Part shown: one piece after another, positions 44,472 through 54,212 of the stretch
Layout of the letters: the number at the start of each line of letters is the position of its first letter
Position numbering within the stretch: the first letter of the stretch is position 1
From: an uncultured Bacteroidales bacterium
Lineage (GTDB): Bacteria; Bacteroidota; Bacteroidia; Bacteroidales; VadinHA17
NCBI GenBank assembly: GCA_963780735.1
Contig: CAWADB010000012.1
Location: 2,658-66,657, forward strand
DNA: 64,000 nucleotides
Direction: 5' to 3'
Notes under the pieces: generated by a model
Told to the model about the DNA's origin: nothing
Database searches by the model: none
The model's input: only the letters and a program-made list of their open reading frames with translations
Position numbers and translations under genes: made by a program

Positions 44472-45323
44472 CTATAAATTCTCAGGGTTAAACGCCACCT
44501 TTGCTTGTCCGAAGGCACACACCCGGGGATTCCCCGGATAAGATTCATAAGGCTCCGACTTGCATGTCCCGTCCAGGATTGACTTTACACAGGCTACCTG
44601 ATCGAGGATGAATCCGGCCGGCAGGGGATCTCCATGACCTGGAAAAATAGTTGTGAACTCACTCATTTTCTCCACCTGTTGTTCGAGTGTCACCAGGTAT
44701 TTGCTCAGCGGCAGGCACCCCGGCAGCCAGAGCCAGACCAGGCCGTTGTTGTTGTCTCCGGCAAAGAGAAGTTTGTTACTAATATCCAGAAGGCAGATGC
44801 TGCCCGGGGTATGTCCGGGAGTTTCAATAACCTTTATCCACCGGTCTCCCAGGTTGAAAAGGTCGCCATCCGCCACAGGTATCAGCGTGGTATTAAAAGG
44901 TTTGCCTTTAAACATTTGCGCGTCATGTGGTCTTTCCGTCTCAGGCATATTTTCCAGCATTGATTTCGCCCGATCATATGTTCCTGAGGCAGCTGCAGAT
45001 TCAAGGTCAGCCTCATGAACGTATACTTTTGCAAACTGATAGTTTGCGCCCGTATGGTCTCCGTGGCCGTGAGTGTTCACCACGATGAGAGGCTTGTCCG
45101 TCATCTTCCGGATCTGCCACGCCAGGTTGGCTGCTCCATTCCCGGTATCGACAACCAGGGCGCTGTCGTGCCCGATGATAAGGTAAATATTCGGCCCCCG
45201 GTCGTTAATCTGCCAGACGTCTTTTGCCACCTCCTTAACCGCGAACCATGACGAGTCATGTTGACTTACAGCCATTAGCGGAAAAAAGAGAAGGGCAGCC
45301 AGGGATAAAAGTGCATTCTTCAT
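44472..45323 (-). CDS. Secreted MBL-fold metallo-hydrolase
   Basis: Signal peptide. HxHxDH motif (NTHGHGDHTGAN), plus downstream TPGHTPGS and FPGHGDP ligand blocks. Confidence 0.8.
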   Translation of the reverse strand: MKNALLSLAALLFFPLMAVSQHDSSWFAVKEVAKDVWQINDRGPNIYLIIGHDSALVVDTGNGAANLAWQIRKMTDKPLIVVNTHGHGDHTGANYQFAKVYVHEADLESAAASGTYDRAKSMLENMPETERPHDAQMFKGKPFNTTLIPVADGDLFNLGDRWIKVIETPGHTPGSICLLDISNKLLFAGDNNNGLVWLWLPGCLPLSKYLVTLEQQVEKMSEFTTIFPGHGDPLPAGFILDQVACVKSILDGTCKSEPYESYPGNPRVCAFGQAKVAFNPENL

Positions 45324-45353
45324 ATCTGATTGCGGTTTTAGCTTATTAATTAC

Positions 45354-47069
45354 TCATTGCTGACTGAAAGTAACAATGCCGGTGCCCTTAAGTGTTTCGA
45401 TTGCTTCCGCCGGCAGTTTCCAGTTATTGTCAAAGAGACCCTGTGACACGATGTTGTCTGTGTTCTCCTTAAAGAGAACATAATCCTGAAACTTTTTCAG
45501 CATCTCCACTTTGGAACCCATAAAGGCATAGCCGGCCTGGCCGGATGTGTTTTTCGGAGGGGTCCACCATGAAAGTCCCGAGTTGACCAGGATGTAATGC
45601 CGGTTCATCGGGAAAATGTACACTAAACCATAACCTGCGGCTTCTTTATTGAGGTGCAGCGGCAATTTGTCGGCGAACTTTTCAATCACTGAATTTGTCT
45701 CGCGGGTTCCGAAGAGAATAAGGTTTGCTGTCACAAAATCACTCTGTCTTACCTCCTGGTCAGATATCACCCGCGGGAAAACCATTATCCGGCCACCCAT
45801 GCCCGTCCAGTCAGCCGCAGAAGCTGCCTGTTCCCTTCTGGCATTAAGCTCTTCAGGCGAAGGATTGCCTCCTGTGCCGTATACATAGATATGGCTGCTG
45901 CTCACTGCAGTATAAAGCGGACCTTCGGCACCTGGTTGTTTGGAGGTAAGTCCGGGAGTGAATTTACTGTTTGCCCACGACCCGCCTGACTTCATGAAGG
46001 ATATTGCACCGGCGCTTTTTACAGAAAATGATTTGCCATCCACCTTCACCGTTACTTTCTTGTCGGCATTGAACATCGGATGGCCTGACAGGTTAAGGGT
46101 AAATGCGGCAAGTCCTGAGCTGGTCACCTCAATGGCATTACCGGCAGTAAACCGTGCGTCAATGGTTGCCATGGTTCCCGGAACCAGGTCGTCAAATGTA
46201 ACCCAGTAAGCCTTATTGTATTTGAACCACTTTGAACTGAATTTGACCTGACCTGGAAACATGTCTCTTTTGAACTGTGAGAACCAGTCAAAGATAAATC
46301 CGTCTTTATATGCCCATTCCCAGCTGTTATGTCCGACACCGGGATATTCAACATAGTCAAGTTTTTGAGCGGTTGTTTCCAGCTTTGCCTTCCACTCGGA
46401 TGCTGTTTTGTACAGAAAGTCCTTGTCGCCGATGAAAAGATGAACCGGCAGGTTCAGGGCATTGCCGGCAAGGTCGATGGTGCCTTCCGGAGGTGCGGGA
46501 CATACAGGTGCAATGGCTGCCCAGACGTCCGGACGTGTCATCCCAAGCCAGAGCGTGCCGCCCCCGCCCATGGAAAGTCCGGTCAGATAGATCCGGTCTT
46601 CATCAATCTTAAAACGCGACTTAACATCGTCGAGCATCTCATAAACATCCTGTTCGGGGATGCCCTGATAGCCTGCTGTACCCCTTGCGTATGGCGCAGC
46701 AGCTATGTAATCTACTGACCTAAAGGGCGGCCAGTATCTTGTGGCCTCAACATCAGTTTCGAAAGGCACATTGCCGGGCTTGATAAAATCATATCCCTGG
46801 CTGTTCCCTACGCCGAAGAGGCGCCTCATCCCCAGCCTGTGGTTTGACCACGCTCCGTGAAGAAAGATGACCAGCGGATATGCTTTATTCTCGTCAAAGT
46901 TTTCCGGAATATAGACTGCATAAGGCTGATCCCGCTCATCCGCCGTTGAGAAGAATGAGAGATCCTGCGGTCCCGGTTTCAGTTTTTGGGCAATTGCTAA
47001 ATCTGAATTAATTGTGAATAAAACTGCGGCCAGAATGAGCGCCTGACAGATTGGTCTGAAGGATTTCAT
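45354..47069 (-). CDS. Secreted alpha/beta-hydrolase (esterase / prolyl-oligopeptidase-like serine hydrolase) with an additional C-terminal domain
   Basis: Signal peptide. FLHGAW, nucleophile elbow GLSMGGGG, and a later GVGHNSW His block. Confidence 0.7.
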   Translation of the reverse strand: MKSFRPICQALILAAVLFTINSDLAIAQKLKPGPQDLSFFSTADERDQPYAVYIPENFDENKAYPLVIFLHGAWSNHRLGMRRLFGVGNSQGYDFIKPGNVPFETDVEATRYWPPFRSVDYIAAAPYARGTAGYQGIPEQDVYEMLDDVKSRFKIDEDRIYLTGLSMGGGGTLWLGMTRPDVWAAIAPVCPAPPEGTIDLAGNALNLPVHLFIGDKDFLYKTASEWKAKLETTAQKLDYVEYPGVGHNSWEWAYKDGFIFDWFSQFKRDMFPGQVKFSSKWFKYNKAYWVTFDDLVPGTMATIDARFTAGNAIEVTSSGLAAFTLNLSGHPMFNADKKVTVKVDGKSFSVKSAGAISFMKSGGSWANSKFTPGLTSKQPGAEGPLYTAVSSSHIYVYGTGGNPSPEELNARREQAASAADWTGMGGRIMVFPRVISDQEVRQSDFVTANLILFGTRETNSVIEKFADKLPLHLNKEAAGYGLVYIFPMNRHYILVNSGLSWWTPPKNTSGQAGYAFMGSKVEMLKKFQDYVLFKENTDNIVSQGLFDNNWKLPAEAIETLKGTGIVTFSQQ

Positions 47070-47110
47070 ATTACTTTTATTATTGCGGTTTAAAAGTTAT
47101 TTGAAAATGT

Positions 47111-47160
47111 TGTCCGGCGTTGCCCGGTGCTGCCCGGTGTTGCCCGGTATTGCCCGGCCC
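47111..47160. repeat. Five tandem copies of a 10-bp unit (TGCCCGGTGY consensus)
   Basis: TGTCCGGCGT TGCCCGGTGC TGCCCGGTGT TGCCCGGTAT TGCCCGGCCC. It lies 30 nt after the fucU stop and 42-91 nt upstream of the hydrolase ATG (47069), both on the minus strand. Confidence 0.85.
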
Positions 47161-47189
47161 TGCAAGACAGACAGGAATTAGCCGGCTTA

Positions 47190-47621
47190 TCAGACAGGCG
47201 TCACTCCCTTTATCAGAATAATGTTTCCGTATTTTACCGTCTCTCCGGTCATGACCACGGCAAAGGCGTTTTTTGCCCTTTCGTAGAAGGCGAAGCGGTC
47301 GAGGCGTTTCACCTGAGGAAGACCGGGCGTATTGGGGGAGATCCGCTTCATATATGAAATTTCCACTCCGGGATCCAGCCTATCACCCACAACCGGCTCC
47401 ATCATTATGACAGGATGGGGCACATATGTATCAAGTTCGAAAAGAGGCAGTAGCGCCTCAAGCAGGTCAGCGATATGCAGTCCGTCAGCCCTGATGATTC
47501 TTTTGTTCAGACTCTCGCCCGGGAAGTGTGCATCGGCCAGTACGAGCTCGTCGCCGTGGCCCATCCGCGCCATCACCTCAAGCAGCTGAGGCGAGATAAG
47601 AGGAGAAATACCCTTAAGCAT
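47190..47621 (-). CDS. fucU: L-fucose mutarotase (RbsD/FucU family)
   Basis: [34 protein letters not shown]... 143 aa, canonical FucU N-terminus. Confidence 0.85.
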   Translation of the reverse strand: MLKGISPLISPQLLEVMARMGHGDELVLADAHFPGESLNKRIIRADGLHIADLLEALLPLFELDTYVPHPVIMMEPVVGDRLDPGVEISYMKRISPNTPGLPQVKRLDRFAFYERAKNAFAVVMTGETVKYGNIILIKGVTPV

Positions 47622-47799
47622 ATGCTATTTTTTACAGGTAGTGAAAATAGTGTTTTCCTCAGAAAGATGATCGCAGGTCATCGTATTATTGCAGAAAAGG
47701 TCATAAATCAATTCCACGCAGTGGGTAAACAATTTCATGCAATACCGGTTATTTATCCATAATTGATATATTTAAACCGAATCAACAAATAAACAGATT

Positions 47800-48615
47800 A
47801 TGAACAGCAAGGATTTCTTTACGCTTACCAATGGGGTGAAAATCCCCGCTGTCGGTTTCGGAACCTGGCAGATACCTGCAGGCGATGTGGCATATAATTC
47901 AGTGACTGCTGCCCTGAAAAGCGGATACAGACACATCGACACGGCCCTGGCCTATGGCAACGAGGCAAGCGTCGGGCAGGCAATCCGTGATTCCGGCATT
48001 GACCGCAAGGAAATTTTCGTTACATCAAAGCTGCCGGCAGAAGTAAAGAACTACGCCATAGCACACCGGTATGCTGATAAAACCATAAAGAACATCGGTC
48101 TCGACTATATTGATCTCTATCTCATTCATGCCCCCTGGCCTTGGAACCAGATAGGTACAGACTATACAAAGCAGAACATTGAGATATGGAAAGTGATGGA
48201 GGAGTTTTACGAAAGCGGTAAAACCCGTTCGATAGGCATATCCAACTTCAATGTCTCAGACATCAATGCAATACTGGAGACCTGCCGCATCAGGCCAATG
48301 GTCAACCAGATCAAGTTTCATATCGGACACGGGCAGCAGGAAATCAGGGAACACTGTGCGAAAAACAACATCCTGATTGAGGGATACTCCCCTCTTGCCA
48401 CGGGCAACCTCCTGCATAATGCGGCAATTGCCGGCATCGCGAAGAAATACGGCAAAAGCGTTGCGCAACTGTCAATCCGATACGTTCTTCAAAAAGGTGC
48501 GCTGCCGCTTCCAAAGTCAACACATCCTGAATATATCAGTCAGAACCTCGATATCGATTTTGAGATCGCGGGAGATGACATGAAAGTTCTTGACGGACTG
48601 AAAGCCGCTGTCTGA
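47800..48615 (+). CDS. Aldo/keto reductase (2,5-diketo-D-gluconate reductase-like)
   Basis: GFGTW, HIDTALAYGNE, DLYLIHAP, SIGISNF. 271 aa. Confidence 0.9.
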   Translation: MNSKDFFTLTNGVKIPAVGFGTWQIPAGDVAYNSVTAALKSGYRHIDTALAYGNEASVGQAIRDSGIDRKEIFVTSKLPAEVKNYAIAHRYADKTIKNIGLDYIDLYLIHAPWPWNQIGTDYTKQNIEIWKVMEEFYESGKTRSIGISNFNVSDINAILETCRIRPMVNQIKFHIGHGQQEIREHCAKNNILIEGYSPLATGNLLHNAAIAGIAKKYGKSVAQLSIRYVLQKGALPLPKSTHPEYISQNLDIDFEIAGDDMKVLDGLKAAV

Positions 48616-48656
48616 TCCGGATTTTAGCCGGCCACATTGGGGCAGTAAAATCTTTT

Positions 48657-48664
48657 TATATTTG
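48657..48664 (+). promoter_or_regulatory. Bacteroidota-type -7 promoter box upstream of the SPT gene
   Basis: TATATTTG lies 28 nt upstream of ATG 48692. Confidence 0.5.
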
Positions 48665-48679
48665 ACCTCATTTAATTGA

Positions 48680-49879
<1,200 letters not shown>

Positions 49880-49885
49880 TGATAA

Positions 49886-50695
49886 ATGAAAAAGGTTATT
49901 CTCATAACCGGGATATCTTCCGGATTTGGTAAAGAAACAGCCGGCCTTCTTGCCGCATCAGGTCATACCGTATATGGCACCATTCGCACGGATTGCGAGA
50001 CAGACAAAAGTATAAATGTTCTCAGGCTGGATCTGACAGATTTATTGTCGGTTAAAAATGCAGTTGAAACCGTCATTCAGAAGGAAGGAAGAATTGATGT
50101 TCTGATTAATAATGCGGGTATGCATACCGGCGGACCAATCGAGACTATACCCTCAGAATATATTAAACTTCAGATGGATACCAGTTTTCTTGGGCTGGTG
50201 CATCTTACCAGGGAGGTATTACCTTTCATGCGGAAACAGGGGGGCGGAGTTATAATTAATTTCAGTTCCATTGGCGGACTGATGGGTTTACCGTTCCAGG
50301 CATTTTATTCCGCCGCCAAATTTGCTGTCGAAGGTTTCAGCGAAGCCCTCAGGATGGAGGTTAAGCCATTTAATATCAAGGTAGTGGTGATCAGTCCCGG
50401 CGATTTTCATACAAGTAATTCAGCAAACCGGAGGAATTTTCTTTCTCCAACGGATGAAACAGATCCCTACCATGAAATTTTTAAAAATGCCCTGGTCCAG
50501 ATTGAAAAGGATGAGGCTGCCGGCTGGGAGCCCGCGGTTCTTGCCCGCAAGCTTGTAAAGATCGTTGAAAGCAAAAATCCAAGGCAGAAATATATAATCG
50601 CCTCGTTTGAACAGAAGCTGGCTGTGCTCCTTAAATCCATATTACCCGGTAAGCTGTTCAGGACTATTCTTGAAGATCATTACAGGATAAAATAA
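49886..50695 (+). CDS. Classical SDR oxidoreductase; 3-ketodihydrosphingosine reductase candidate by context
   Basis: TGISSGFG, NNAG, S...YSAAK catalytic motif. The start is 7 nt after the SPT stop. Confidence 0.8.
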   Translation: MKKVILITGISSGFGKETAGLLAASGHTVYGTIRTDCETDKSINVLRLDLTDLLSVKNAVETVIQKEGRIDVLINNAGMHTGGPIETIPSEYIKLQMDTSFLGLVHLTREVLPFMRKQGGGVIINFSSIGGLMGLPFQAFYSAAKFAVEGFSEALRMEVKPFNIKVVVISPGDFHTSNSANRRNFLSPTDETDPYHEIFKNALVQIEKDEAAGWEPAVLARKLVKIVESKNPRQKYIIASFEQKLAVLLKSILPGKLFRTILEDHYRIK

Positions 50696-50756
50696 GCCTG
50701 GCATATTCAGTATCCTGAAAGAGGTGGAATACCATTTTGCAGTTGTTATGTTAAAC

Positions 50757-50784
50757 AAAAAAGACCACCACTAACGTGATGGTC
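50757..50784 (-). terminator. Rho-independent terminator downstream of tRNA-Arg (minus strand)
   Basis: Minus RNA GACCAUCA-CGUUAG-UGGUGGUC (one G-U pair) followed by UUUUUU. On the plus strand the same stem has an A-C mismatch and no U-tract. Confidence 0.7.
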
Positions 50785-50797
50785 TGAAAACTCTTTG

Positions 50798-50869
50798 TAG
50801 CCCCACTAGGAATCGAACCTAAATTTCAGGTTTAGGAAACCCGCGTTCTATCCATTGAACTATAGGGCC
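50798..50869 (-). tRNA. tRNA-Arg (anticodon CCU)
   Basis: The reverse complement GGCCCTATAGTTCAATGGATAGAACGCGGGTTTCCTAAACCTGAAATTTAGGTTCGATTCCTAGTGGGGCTA folds as a cloverleaf. D stem GTTC/GAAC, anticodon stem CGGGT/ACCTG with loop TT-CCT-AA, T loop TTCGATT. The acceptor has two G-U pairs, so the ends are uncertain by 1-2 nt. Confidence 0.8.
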
Positions 50870-50919
50870 GCGCGTTTTGCAGCCGCAAATGTAACCCTTT
50901 TTTTGCTTACTCCAAAAAA

Positions 50920-51543
50920 TCAGCAGCCCCCGGCAGGCTTCTTCTTGGCCTTTGCCGTCACTGCAGGCTTGGTTGTCTTAACGGCAGATGCACCTCCTTC
51001 AGTAGTAACAACACCGCCACCTCCAAGCGCCGTGGCAGCGCTCTTGCGGAAGTCGTACTTTGCAAACTCCTCATTGGGACTCGTCTGCGAAGGCGCCTGT
51101 GCTGACAGGATATTGCCAAACCAGTAATTCAGGCCTCCCTCAAGAACAAAATTATTCTCGTAACCGAGCTGCCTGGTAAGCATCCAGGCCTCGTTGGCAA
51201 AGACCGAACCGTTGGAATAAAAGACGTTCATCCGCGCATCCTGGTTGAGGATGTCTATATACTCGTCTGATAAAAGATTACTCAAAGGGATGTTGATTGC
51301 CCCCTGAAGACTGTATGCTTCAAACTCCTCGGGCGTCCGCACGTCAATCAGCTGCAATGACGGGTCCTTCTGAACGAGCATGTCAGCAATGACATCGGGC
51401 GAAATGAACTGCACCCCTGCTCCCGCTTCCTGCAGAAGCTCATCAGCCGACAGCTTGAAACGTTTTGTCTTGTCAGCCGGAACGGCGGCAAGAATTATCC
51501 CCAGCGGGATAATTATAAGAGCCAATAACTTAAGTGGTTTCAT
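50920..51543 (-). CDS. Membrane-anchored rhodanese-homology-domain protein lacking the active-site Cys, with a Lys/Gly/Thr/Ala-rich tail ending in GGC
   Basis: N-terminal anchor MKPLKLLALIIIPLGIILAAV. Rhodanese fold blocks LIDVRTPEEF...GAINIP...LEGGLNYW. The active-site loop reads VFYSNGSVF. The only Cys in the protein is the last residue (KKKPAGGC). Confidence 0.75.
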   Translation of the reverse strand: MKPLKLLALIIIPLGIILAAVPADKTKRFKLSADELLQEAGAGVQFISPDVIADMLVQKDPSLQLIDVRTPEEFEAYSLQGAINIPLSNLLSDEYIDILNQDARMNVFYSNGSVFANEAWMLTRQLGYENNFVLEGGLNYWFGNILSAQAPSQTSPNEEFAKYDFRKSAATALGGGGVVTTEGGASAVKTTKPAVTAKAKKKPAGGC

Positions 51544-51562
51544 GTTACTATCCTTTCATTTA

Positions 51563-52153
51563 TTAATATTCTTCTCTCGGGAATTTTCTCTCAGCCCATT
51601 CGGCAACTGCAAACATGACCAGGGCTGCAAGGATCAGCAGCAATCCGAAGAGCCCGTCTTTCATGCCCAGTGATTCACTTACCTTCGGTTCACCGAGATA
51701 ATGTGCAAAATACATTTTCTCCCACAGCGGGTAAGTAAAGGCAAAGCCGTAAACACCCAGAAAGAGTCCCCCGATGAAGACCATTCCGTCAATCTTTCCT
51801 ATAGCTGCACCAGTAAAGCTTGTTCCCGGGCAGAAACCGCCCATGATGAACCCTGCTCCCATTACTACACCGCCAATTATAGCGGAGGTGAGATACGTCG
51901 GATTGACATAGACCAGGGATAGGTCTATCCATCCGAAGAGGCTCATGAACAGCAATCCTATCATGCATGTGATGGCTCCGGTGAAGAAGACCTTGAGAAC
52001 TACGGCGTCATAGCCGTAGAAGATGCCGGCCAGCTTCCTGCTTGATGAGAAGCCTGAGCTTTCAAGTACAAATCCGAAAGCGATGCCGATGAAGAAGGCG
52101 AGGAGAAAGTTGGTGTTCTCCGATATAATTCCGTTTGGTGCCAGTGGTCCCAT
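51563..52153 (-). CDS. YeeE/YedE-family sulfur-compound transporter, half-size subunit
   Basis: 196 aa, about 5 TM helices, conserved GGFCPGTS motif. Confidence 0.8.
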   Translation of the reverse strand: MGPLAPNGIISENTNFLLAFFIGIAFGFVLESSGFSSSRKLAGIFYGYDAVVLKVFFTGAITCMIGLLFMSLFGWIDLSLVYVNPTYLTSAIIGGVVMGAGFIMGGFCPGTSFTGAAIGKIDGMVFIGGLFLGVYGFAFTYPLWEKMYFAHYLGEPKVSESLGMKDGLFGLLLILAALVMFAVAEWAERKFPREEY

Positions 52154-52169
52154 GTTTTACTCCTTTCTT

Positions 52170-52706
52170 TTATATCCAGTTTCTCCTGAAGAAATATGCC
52201 AGTGCGAAGGCTGTGCCGAATATTCCCATCATGGTGACAAAGCCTCCCAGTGAGAGCACTCCCATGCCGCTAAGGGCTGAGCCGCTTGTGCATCCGCGCC
52301 CCAGCTGCGAACCGAAGCCGAAGAGCGTCCCTCCCATCAGTGCAAAGACCAGCCTGCGCCTGGAGGTTATCTTCGGTGAATGTTCCACTTTCAGTTTCAG
52401 CCGTCCGGCAATCGCCCCGGAGATGAATCCGCCGACAAGCACACCCAGCATCTCAAAGACAAGCCACGATTTCATCGGGCTCCCGCTGTGTGACTCTGCA
52501 TATTCAGCCATGAACGGCATTGTTTTGACGGCGTTTTTATCAACAACCTCTATGGATGTTGCAACAACGCTCTTGATGGCGCCGCTGGCACCGAGACCCC
52601 TGCCGGCAATAAAATTGGCGGCAAGGAGCACGAGGCCCAGCAGCACGCCTCCCAGGTAAGGATTGAGGTATGTTTTGCTCCTCTCAGTTTTAGTAATATC
52701 GCTCAT
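52170..52706 (-). CDS. YeeE/YedE-family sulfur-compound transporter, half-size subunit
   Basis: Conserved LGRGCTSGSALSG motif. ATG 52706 (MSDITK...) is preferred to track start 52742, which would overlap the upstream gene. Confidence 0.8.
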   Translation of the reverse strand: MSDITKTERSKTYLNPYLGGVLLGLVLLAANFIAGRGLGASGAIKSVVATSIEVVDKNAVKTMPFMAEYAESHSGSPMKSWLVFEMLGVLVGGFISGAIAGRLKLKVEHSPKITSRRRLVFALMGGTLFGFGSQLGRGCTSGSALSGMGVLSLGGFVTMMGIFGTAFALAYFFRRNWI

Positions 52707-52729
52707 ATTGTTTTTATGTTTTATTGTGA

Positions 52730-53671
52730 TCAGTATAACCATCGGCTCACCTGGCCGGCAAAGACAAAGACAAACCTGAACATAAGACTTCCGAACAGCA
52801 CCAGTACCCCAGGCACCAGCGCGGGTATATGATATCCGCGCAGTTCCATCAGGTCAAGAAATGCGGGAATAACGAGGCCCAGGAAGACAACGAAGACCCA
52901 GAAAGCCACCGTGTACTGTCCGCCAAGAAAAAGTCCTGCTGCTTCTATCTGCACCTGTGTTGATGCCAGGAAGCCCATGAACATGTGAACTATAAGAAAT
53001 AGCTCCACCCCCAGAATTATGAGGTCAATCTTAGTGAAGAGCAGCCTTTCTTTCGGGTTTTTCGACATAAGAACAATGGCGGCTGCACCTGCCGAAAGTC
53101 CCGAAGCCAGAAACAGCGGCCCCAGGACCGATGTGTTCCACAGGGGCCTTGCATTAAAGGCAGAGAGAAGGATTCCGGTATAAATGCCGGTTATGACAGC
53201 ATAGATAAGAATAACCCATGCCAGCGCCTTTTTATATTTATTGAAGAAAGTCTCCAGATCCTTCAGCCATTGATATTTCCAGTCCCAGTTCGGAAAAAGG
53301 TCCCTGATATGCAGTGCCGACCAGACGACGGATGCGGCGGTTATCACCAGCAGTGTCCAGGCGCCCCACGACATGGGTGACTGAAGTTTAATGTTAGTGT
53401 AAAGCTGCCAGAAATATGCTTTATGCCTGAGATCAAAAAAGAGGGCTGCAAGGCCTATTATCAGGAGTATTGGCGCAATGAAAGGCACCTTTCTGACTGC
53501 AGTCGGGTATTCTTTTTCCTTGCCCATTATATAAAAGAGGGCTGCAAAGAAGAGCACTCCGGCAGCCAGTCCTCCCAGGAAAAGGTAGAACGGTATCGGC
53601 CAGTGCCAGATTTGCAGGTGCGGGTCAACCGCAAGGTTGTCTCTTCCGCTTATGATAAGTTCTTCATTCAT
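52730..53671 (-). CDS. NrfD/PsrC-family integral membrane quinol-oxidising subunit
   Basis: 313 aa, 8-9 TM helices, HWPIPFYLFLGGLAAG N-terminal NrfD signature. Confidence 0.85.
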   Translation of the reverse strand: MNEELIISGRDNLAVDPHLQIWHWPIPFYLFLGGLAAGVLFFAALFYIMGKEKEYPTAVRKVPFIAPILLIIGLAALFFDLRHKAYFWQLYTNIKLQSPMSWGAWTLLVITAASVVWSALHIRDLFPNWDWKYQWLKDLETFFNKYKKALAWVILIYAVITGIYTGILLSAFNARPLWNTSVLGPLFLASGLSAGAAAIVLMSKNPKERLLFTKIDLIILGVELFLIVHMFMGFLASTQVQIEAAGLFLGGQYTVAFWVFVVFLGLVIPAFLDLMELRGYHIPALVPGVLVLFGSLMFRFVFVFAGQVSRWLY

Positions 53672-53678
53672 GGTCCTG

Positions 53679-54212
53679 TCAGATTAAGAAATACAACTGA
53701 GGTTTGGTGCCTGCTTCCGGAATCAGGGTTTTGCTCTTTCTTTTCTTCAGGATCACACTAACGTCACTGTTGGGGTCATCAAGATCACCGAAGTACATGC
53801 ACTTTGTCGGGCAAACGTCAACGCATGCCGGTCTCATCCCTTCGATCACGCGATGATTGCAGAACGTGCATTTGTCGACATACCCTTTCGGGTGGGGATA
53901 ACGGGCATCGTATGGACATGATGCGATACATGCGCCGCAACCGATGCATTCGTTATGCGTGACGAGAACTATACCCCCGTCTGCAAAATGGCTTGCACCA
54001 GTAGGGCAACATCTTACGCACGGAGCATTAGCGCAATGGTTGCAGCGCTCCGACCTCAGCTCCACTTCAAGCTGCGGGTATGTTCCGTCCATTGTCTCCA
54101 CAACCCAGTCGCGGCAGTAGCCTATGGGCACATTGTTCTCTGTCTGGCATGCCACGACACAGTCGCTGCATCCGACACATTTCCTTGTATCAACAGCCAT
54201 CGCGTATCTCAT
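53679..54212 (-). CDS. 4Fe-4S ferredoxin-type electron-transfer subunit (PsrB/DmsB-like)
   Basis: Four Cys clusters (CVGCSDCVVAC, CNHCANAPCVRCC, CIGCGACIASC, CTFC...C...C). Overlaps the upstream catalytic-subunit gene by 4 nt. Confidence 0.9.
   Translation of the reverse strand: MRYAMAVDTRKCVGCSDCVVACQTENNVPIGYCRDWVVETMDGTYPQLEVELRSERCNHCANAPCVRCCPTGASHFADGGIVLVTHNECIGCGACIASCPYDARYPHPKGYVDKCTFCNHRVIEGMRPACVDVCPTKCMYFGDLDDPNSDVSVILKKRKSKTLIPEAGTKPQLYFLI

Noticed and set aside
44472-45323. The MBL-fold protein as a metallo-beta-lactamase (carbapenemase)
   Set aside because: Only the generic HxHxDH superfamily motif is visible. By eye I cannot place it in the B1/B2/B3 lactamase subclasses, so it is called a generic MBL-fold hydrolase.
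47111-47160. Possible CRISPR array or minisatellite-encoded peptide (track ORF 47127..47357)
   Set aside because: The units are 10 bp and head-to-tail with no spacers, and no cas genes are present. The ORF crossing the array is antisense to fucU. I kept it only as a tandem repeat.
50855-51127. Plus-strand ORF (90 aa) overlapping tRNA-Arg and the rhodanese-like gene
   Set aside because: It overlaps a well-folded tRNA and is antisense to a coding gene. Its Ala/Pro-rich translation is simply the complement of the Gly/Lys-rich tail.
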